Below, piece by piece: positions 57,005-64,000 of a DNA stretch of 64,000 nt (positions are counted from its first letter, which is position 1; each line of letters opens with the position of its first letter). The position numbers were made by a program, and so were the translations under genes. The notes beneath the pieces were generated by a model that did not search any database, was not told the DNA's origin, and saw only the letters and a list, made by a program, of their open reading frames with translations. The DNA comes from Eledone cirrhosa (lineage: Eukaryota), in the NCBI GenBank assembly GCA_964016885.1, contig OZ024746.1, positions 53,878,001 through 53,942,000 of the forward strand. Direction: 5' to 3'.

Positions 57005-57704
57005 ATTGAATATAAAAGAGAGATAAACACAGATACGTACATATGTGTTCAAATCGTAAGTCTGGTAAGCCGCATTGTTCATAGTTAGTATTTTTTCCAC
57101 CCTAGCGAATCTGGTCCCTTACAATTTGAACACATATGTATATATCATAATAATAATAATACTATTCATAGTTATGTATATAGTATAAACAACTATAAAC
57201 AGTAAGGTCAGTCATTTCTTAATTACCTTATTACCAGTAAGAGAAATAGCTCAATGTATGAACATCAGTTGTTTTACAGAGCAGTTAAATAAATAAATTA
57301 TACAATTATCAAAGTTGTGTTCAAATCATTTAATAGCTGACAATCTTTTCTTCAAAACTCTCGTTTGGAGTCATCGGAGCCTTATCAATGTTTGCACATA
57401 TAATTAACCTCCTATTCAACTGAACAATAATATAGATACATATAAATTGATGTTGCGAGCAAGTTTCGTATTTAGAGGGTGGAATGGATGTGACATATAT
57501 TTTACGAGAATTGTATTCAAGTTCAAATTCAAATCAAAATTAAAATTAAAATCAAAAGCACGGAGTGGAATACATGCAACATGCAATATCTGTATTTATC
57601 TCTCTGTTATATTCAATTATATTACACCGCCCGGAACAATTTTTTGACTTGAGCTATTTAATTGTAAGAGACTATTTTGAGTTTCTAACTCAATATATAT
57701 TTTT

Positions 57705-57985
57705 GATATTCTAGGGCGGGTAAAATTCCCGAGATCCATAGACGAGTTCTCTCCAGCGGTCTCTGTCCCTCATTATCGCTTCCATGTCCTGCGTCTCCAA
57801 CAGACCAGTGTCTGTCCTTAGGGCATCAACATACGTTAACCTTGGTCTTCCTCTTCCAGTGTGTCCATGTAGGGGCTCCCACAGGAGCACTGAGTGAAAT
57901 GTCAACTCTGAATGTCGGTGAGCATGTCCAGCTAACCTCAGTCTCCTCTGTGTCACTTTTGAGCTGATCTTTGATATATTTTCTG
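57705..57985 (-). mobile_element. RTE-X-like LINE 3' coding fragment
   Basis: QRRLRLAGHAHRH-E....VLLWEPLHG...RGRPRLTYVDALR-DTGL.....MRDRDRWR. Confidence 0.82.
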
Positions 57986-58224
57986 GAACGATCGACTTTC
58001 GTCAAATCGGACCGAGGGAACAATGTTTCCGTTGGTCTTTCCAATTGCTAATACTATCTATCGGTCGCAACTCCAGGTAGAAGGAGCAACGTGAAATAAA
58101 GTGTCTTGCTCAAGGACATAACGCATCGCCTGGTCCAGGAATCGAACTCACAACCTTACGATTGTGAATCCAATTCTCTAACCACTCAGCCACACGCCTT
58201 CACTAATATATATATAATAGTAAT

Positions 58225-58340
58225 AATAATAGATGTGAAGATTAAATCTAAAGAGGGCTCGACAAGGATATTATATATATATAAATATATAAGGGTGAAA
58301 GCAGCGATTCTTTGGTTAAACTTTAATCTGTTATTTTAAG
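58225..58340. mobile_element. Family C (Naiad pLTR end) remnant, rearranged
   Basis: AAAGAGGGCTCGA-AAGGATA (cf. ~19972) followed by AAGGGTGAAAGCAGCGATT..TTTAATCTGTTATTTTAA (cf. 2790-2838). Confidence 0.7.
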
Positions 58341-58432
58341 GGATTTGAATCTTCATGTATCGTTAATCAGAATTTCTCGGAGACCAATTATCAAAGGACT
58401 TTGAAATGGGGCTCATAGCAATGGACATTAAT

Positions 58433-58632
58433 ATTGTTTCTACTTTTGGCACTAGGCCAGGAATTACTCAGTGTATTACTGGTACTTTATTTTATCGACC
58501 CCGTAAGAATGATGAAAGGCAAAGATAACCTCGGCGGGATTTGAATTCAGAATATCAGAATAGCAAGGGCCGTAACTCTATGCGTCAAAGTATTGCGTCC
58601 GACCCTCTACCGATACTGCCAATCCACCTCCG
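58433..58632 (-). mobile_element. tRNA/Nin-domain SINE, with TSD-like ATGGACATTAATAT flanks
   Basis: Family core; the motif is repeated at ~58421 and ~58638. Confidence 0.88.
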
Positions 58633-58924
58633 TTAATATGGACATTAATATCAAAAAGCATATACACCATTTTGAATAGCCGGACACGAACAGAAACAAA
58701 GTTCTGACTTAATAGAAACCAGACGTTTTAAATTTGTTTTTGAAGAATGTTAATTGTATGAAATTCCTCAACAAATTTTAAAATGTTTTAAACTCGAACC
58801 AACAACCACAGGAACATTCTAAAGCTTCTGTGTGTCACCTGGGAAAATACAGAACCGCTTGGAACATATTCCTTAACCTCTAAAATCATTACTATCATGA
58901 TAACTGTGATGATAATTTTGATGG

Positions 58925-59275
58925 GTACAAAACATGAATATAATGATGGTGATGGTGATAATGTTGAGTATAAAAATGAATATAATGATGATGATGATGA
59001 TGATGATAATGTTGAGTATAAAAATGAATATAATGATGGTGATGATGATGATGATAATGTTGAGTATAAAAATGAATATAACGATGGTGATGGTGATAAT
59101 GTTGAGTATAAAAATGAATATAATGATGGTGATGATGATGATAATGTTGAGTATAAAAATGAATATAATGATGGTGATGATGATGATAATGTTGAGTATA
59201 AAAATGAATATAATGATGGTGATGGTGATGGTGATAATGTTGAAGGATATAAAAATGAATATGATGATGATGATG
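58925..59275. repeat. Minisatellite: (GAT)n spaced by AATGTTGAGTATAAAAATGAATATAAT; grades into (GAT)n to ~59530
   Basis: Directly visible, about 7 units. Confidence 0.93.
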
Positions 59276-59427
59276 ATGATTATGATGACGATGATAATGA
59301 TGATGATTATGGATATGATTATGTATATAATGATGAATGTGATGATGATAAATATGTTGATGAATACGATGATCATGAAGATGATGATGATGATGATGAT
59401 GATAACGATAATGAAGATGATGATGAA

Positions 59428-59458
<31 letters not shown>

Positions 59459-60826
59459 GTGAGGAATATGATAATGTAGATGATGATGATGGTGATGACA
59501 ATGAGGATAGTGTTGATGGTGACGTTGATTAAATATAGTGTTGCGTATAACATTTCGATGAAGAAACAAATCGAACCCCATTCTGAAAAGTAAACTCAGG
59601 TTTTTATTTTACAATAAAATGGGATTTATCTAAATATTACAATCGAAGTGGCTAGTTTCGATATTTATTAGATCTTATTTAAGGAAGGCACATGGCTTAG
59701 TGGTTAGAGCATTTGGCTTGCAATCGAAAGGTTGTGAGTTTGGTTCTCTGACCGGGTGATGTGTTGTGTCCTTGAGAAAGACACTTTATTTCACGTTGCT
59801 CCAGTTTACTCAGCTGTAGAAATAAATTGCGATCCTGCTAAATCAATGGGTAGCAATAGTTCCAGCTGCACGCATCGAAAGACTGGTGCAAGGGTTTTGA
59901 GAACAATACGGCTTTGCATATGATCAATACACATTGACAATGGAAAAGCGCTCCGCTCGAGTTAGAAGAGAACTATTGACCTTCAAGGAGGAGCAGCGAC
60001 CCCTAATTGTATTCAGCAACCGAAACAAATATGAAGTACACCAGATCCAATGCTCCTAGGGGTGGCCCTGGTTCTTCTTATTTGCGAGTTTAAACTCGGC
60101 CACATTAGATTAGATTAGATAGATCTTCATCATTAAACGAATACTTATCTTTGTTTTCACATAGACATTATAGTTACGTAGGCTATATACAAACACGTTT
60201 ACAGTCCAAACATGTCTATCTAATTTACATAGCAGGGTAAAACGTGTTAAATATGAATAAAAATAAGGATAACGAAAAAGAGAACATGTTAGATAGATAG
60301 AAAGGAAAACTGAAGAAGCAAAAGAAACTAAAATAGACTAAAAGCAACCAAATAGTGGGATGGTATAAAGACAAATATTAAAATGTACTGTATACATCAT
60401 ACACAATATGATATACATCCACATATGTGTGTATATGTGTGTATATAAGAATGTGTGAGTTTCTTCATGTCTGGTTTAATTTTGATTTTGTATGCATGTA
60501 TGTATATATGTATGTATGTATATAACTATATATGTATGTATATATGTATATATGTATGCATGAATGTTTGTATGTATGATTGCATGTATGTATACGTGTA
60601 TGTATGTATGTATGTATGTATGTATGTATGTATGTATGTATGTATGTATGTATGTATTTATATATGTAAGTATGTATGTATGTATGTATGTATATGTGTA
60701 TATATGTATGTATGTGTGTGCATGTATATATGTATGTATGAGTTATGTATATATGTATGTATCCATGTATGTATAATGTATATATGTATGTATGCAAGTA
60801 TGTATGTATATATGTATATATGTAAG

Positions 60827-60933
<107 letters not shown>

Positions 60934-61144
60934 ATGTCTGTGTGTGTGCATGTATGCATGTAGAAATCAATAAATAACAAAGAAAAGGAAGAAGGAAGTA
61001 AGGCAGCCGTGGTGTAAGGTGTCTAAGAGTTGGCCAATGTGTATTGGCAGAGTTATTGAACGTTCTGGAACTGGAGCATCATTTATTTCTATTGAAGAGC
61101 TTTAGAATGGTTCAGAGTGGTTGAATGGTAGGTGAGGGGCATAG

Positions 61145-61580
61145 AAGAGTGGTGGTGGTGGTGGTGGTAATGGTGGTGGTGGTAGGGCGTTGTGGGGTGC
61201 TGGTGGTGGAGGTAATGGTGATGGTGGTTTTGGTGGGGCGTTGTGGATTGGTGGTGGTGGGCCGTTGTGGGGAGCAAATGTTGGCGGTTGTAATGATGGT
61301 GGGGCGTAGTGGAGTGCTGGTGGTGTTGGTGGAGGTGGTGGTGGTGGGGTGTTGTGATGGTGTTGGTGGTGTGGTGGTGGTGGTGGGGTGTTGTGGGGGT
61401 GCTAGTGGTGTGGTGGTGGCGGTGGGGTGTTGTGGGGTGGTGCTGGTGGTGGTTAGGATAGTGGTGTTAGTGGGGTGTTGGTGGTGGTGGTGGAGGTTGT
61501 GATGTGATGGCGGTGCTGGTGTTGGTGGTGGAGGTTGTGATGTGGTGGTGGTGGTGGCGGTGCTGGTGTTGGTGGTAAGG
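61145..61580. repeat. Degenerate (GGT)n tract
   Basis: Directly visible. Confidence 0.88.
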
Positions 61581-62039
61581 ATAGTCGTGCTAGTGGGTTG
61601 CTGGTGATGGAAGAGATGGTGGAGATTCTGGTTTAGTGGTGGTGGGGTTGGTGATAATGGTGATGATTCTGGTCTGGTGCATGTTGTGGTGTGGTGATGG
61701 GGGTACAGATGTTGGGGCTAATTTTGGTTTAGAATGGTTCCAAGGGGCTAAATAGCCGGTAGAGCTTAGTGCTGTGATGGTTGCGTTAATGATGGTTGGG
61801 TGGTGATACCAGTGGTTTAGCACGCCTGAGAATGGTTCAATAGTTAATAAGGATAGTTTGGTGGTGTAGGTGGTTGTGACAGTGGTGGCAGTGTCGGTAG
61901 TAGTGTTAAAAGTGTTGGTGCTAGTGATGGTGTAGAATGGTTTAGAGTGGTTAAATAATGGGTGGGGTAATATGGGGATGAGGATGTTACGATGGTTTAC
62001 AATGGTTGAGAGAGGGATGGGAGTGAAAGTGTGATAATA

Positions 62040-62228
62040 TTTGTTTCTACTTTTGGCACAAGCCAGCAAATAACCAGTGCATTACTGGTACTTTTTTTTA
62101 TCGACCCTGTAAGGATGAAAGGCAAAGTTAACGTCGGCGGGATTTGAACTCGGAATGGCAAGAGCCGTAACTCTATGCGTCAAAGCAGGGCGTCCGACCC
62201 TCTACCGATACTGCCAATCTACCACCCT
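62040..62228 (-). mobile_element. Full-length tRNA/Nin-domain SINE with TSD GTGAAAGTGTGATAA
   Basis: Family head and core; motif at ~62023 and ~62233. Confidence 0.9.
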
Positions 62229-62379
62229 AGTGGTGAAAGTGTGATAAGGCAGTAATAGAGGTGGCGGTGAGAGTGGTAATAATAGTAGTAGGGGTGTTCG
62301 CGGTGGTGTTTATTTTTTGTGGTGGGTAAGAATGTGGGAAATAGAATGGTGTAGAACAGCTACCTCACCACCACATACG

Positions 62380-62900
62380 TTACCACCACCATCACCACCA
62401 CCACCACAACCATTACCAGCACCACCACCACCACAACAACAACAACCATTACCACCATCACCACCACCACAACCATTACCACCACCACCACAACCATTAC
62501 CACCATCACCACCACCACAACCATTACCACCTCCACCACCACCACCACAACCACCACCACAACCATTACCACTATCACCACCACCACAACCATTACCACC
62601 ACCACAACCACCACCACCACCCCAACCATTACCACCATCACCACCACCACAACCATTACCACCTCCACCACCACCACCACAACCACCACCACAACCATTA
62701 CCACTATCACCACCACCACAACCATTACCACCACCACAACCACCACCACCCCAACCATTACCACCATCACCACCACTACAACCATTACCACCACCACCAC
62801 TACCACAACCATTATCACCATCACCACCACCACAACCATTACCACCACCACCACAACCATTACCACCACCACCACCACCACCACCACAACCATTACCACC
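62380..62900. repeat. (CCA)n array punctuated by CAACCATTA
   Basis: Directly visible. Confidence 0.93.
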
Positions 62901-63180
62901 ACATCTTGACCACCGTGCCAGGCGACTTCTCAATACAAAGAAATACAAACCATTTTTACAAATACAGCCGCTGGGAATCGAACTCACAACCCTATGATTG
63001 TGAGCAAAACATCTTGACCACCGTGCCAGGCGCCTTCTCAATACAAAGAAATACAAACCATTTTTACAAACACGGCCGCTGGGAATCGAACTCACGACCC
63101 TATGATTGTGACCAAAACATCTTGACCACCGTGCCACGCGCCTTCTCATTACAAAGAAACACAAACCATTTACAAACACA
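62901..63180 (-). repeat. 108-bp tandem repeat (~2.6 units) built from a tRNA-like SINE head
   Basis: ACATCTTGACCACCGTGCCA at 62901, 63009 and 63117. The minus strand has TGGCACGGTGG (A box) and GAGTTCGATTCCC (B box). Confidence 0.82.
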
Positions 63181-63293
63181 TATTTTTATTTGTGCATATA
63201 AGCTATGCGTAGACGTTCGTACACGCCGATACACACCCATACAGTCATAGATTACACCCTGTATATACTGACCAACTATCTTATAACTTACCA

Positions 63294-63512
63294 GAAAGAG
63301 AGGAAGGGAGTACTCACTCTTGGTGCTCCTGGAGATGAGGGCTGTACATTTTTTTCGGGGTGTGTACAACCCCTGTGTAACGCCTCCCCCTATTGGGAAT
63401 TTCAATTGCTATTTGTTATTTTATTAATAGTTTTATTTTCATATACCTGTATGTAAACTCCCCATTTGTATTTGTCCCCTTCTTTTGTGCCCTTGTGGCT
63501 AATAAAGAAATT
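63294..63512 (+). mobile_element. 5'-truncated retroposon 3' end with 17-bp TSD
   Basis: TATCTTATAACTTACCA at 63277-63293 and 63513-63529; AATAAA just before the 3' copy. Confidence 0.7.
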
Positions 63513-63630
63513 TATCTTATAACTTACCAAAATACCACCCTACCATATCTAGATCTCGTCTCTCATCAAACGGATGTTTATTATCGAAATCTTTAAAAGT
63601 TACGCCAAGAATACACATAGAGTATGTAGG

Positions 63631-63673
<43 letters not shown>

Positions 63674-63768
63674 TTTCAGCATTGTTTACAAATATATACG
63701 CACCTACAGATATATATACATAGGCATAAAAACATATATATAAGTGCGTGTATGTGTGTGTGTGTGTT

Positions 63769-63817
<49 letters not shown>

Positions 63818-63843
63818 TATATGTATATATATATATATAAATA

Positions 63844-63874
<31 letters not shown>

Positions 63875-64000
63875 AATAATATATATATATATGTATATAT
63901 ATATATATGTGTATATATATATACATATATATAAATATATATATGCATATATATATGCATATATATATATATATATGTATATATATGTATATATATATAC

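Noticed and set aside
58873-59581. Asp-rich or His-rich ORFs resembling biomineralisation or beak proteins
   Set aside because: Derived from a (GAT)n minisatellite, open in multiple frames, with no signal peptide.
62310-63179. Gly/Cys-rich keratin-associated-like ORF and complementary Pro-rich ORF
   Set aside because: (CCA)n-based repeat joined to SINE-head repeats.

Overview
AT-rich eukaryotic DNA saturated with microsatellites, most likely cephalopod (Octopus-like). That assignment is inferred from the tRNA/Nin-domain SINE family and the repeat landscape. I see no intact host gene; nearly all long ORFs in the track are simple-repeat artefacts. The window is a retroelement graveyard: a 5'-truncated Penelope-like element (Naiad-type RT + GIY-YIG) with an inverted pseudo-LTR, two more Naiad remnants, an RTE LINE ending in three C2H2 fingers, RTE/Expander, RTE-X, CRE and mariner fragments, about 25 SINE copies and two MITEs. 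The most striking unexplained structure is a set of unrelated short non-coding elements inserted in (TA)n tracts. Each is a fold-back palindrome plus a single-copy tail, and most carry a type I hammerhead ribozyme (CUGANGA...GAAA...NUH), one family with clear stem covariation. In several families the inversion point falls on the ribozyme itself (core, stem II or cleavage site), and one copy is a 591-bp partial tandem that starts at a predicted self-cleavage site. All coordinates were read by eye and may be off by a few bases.
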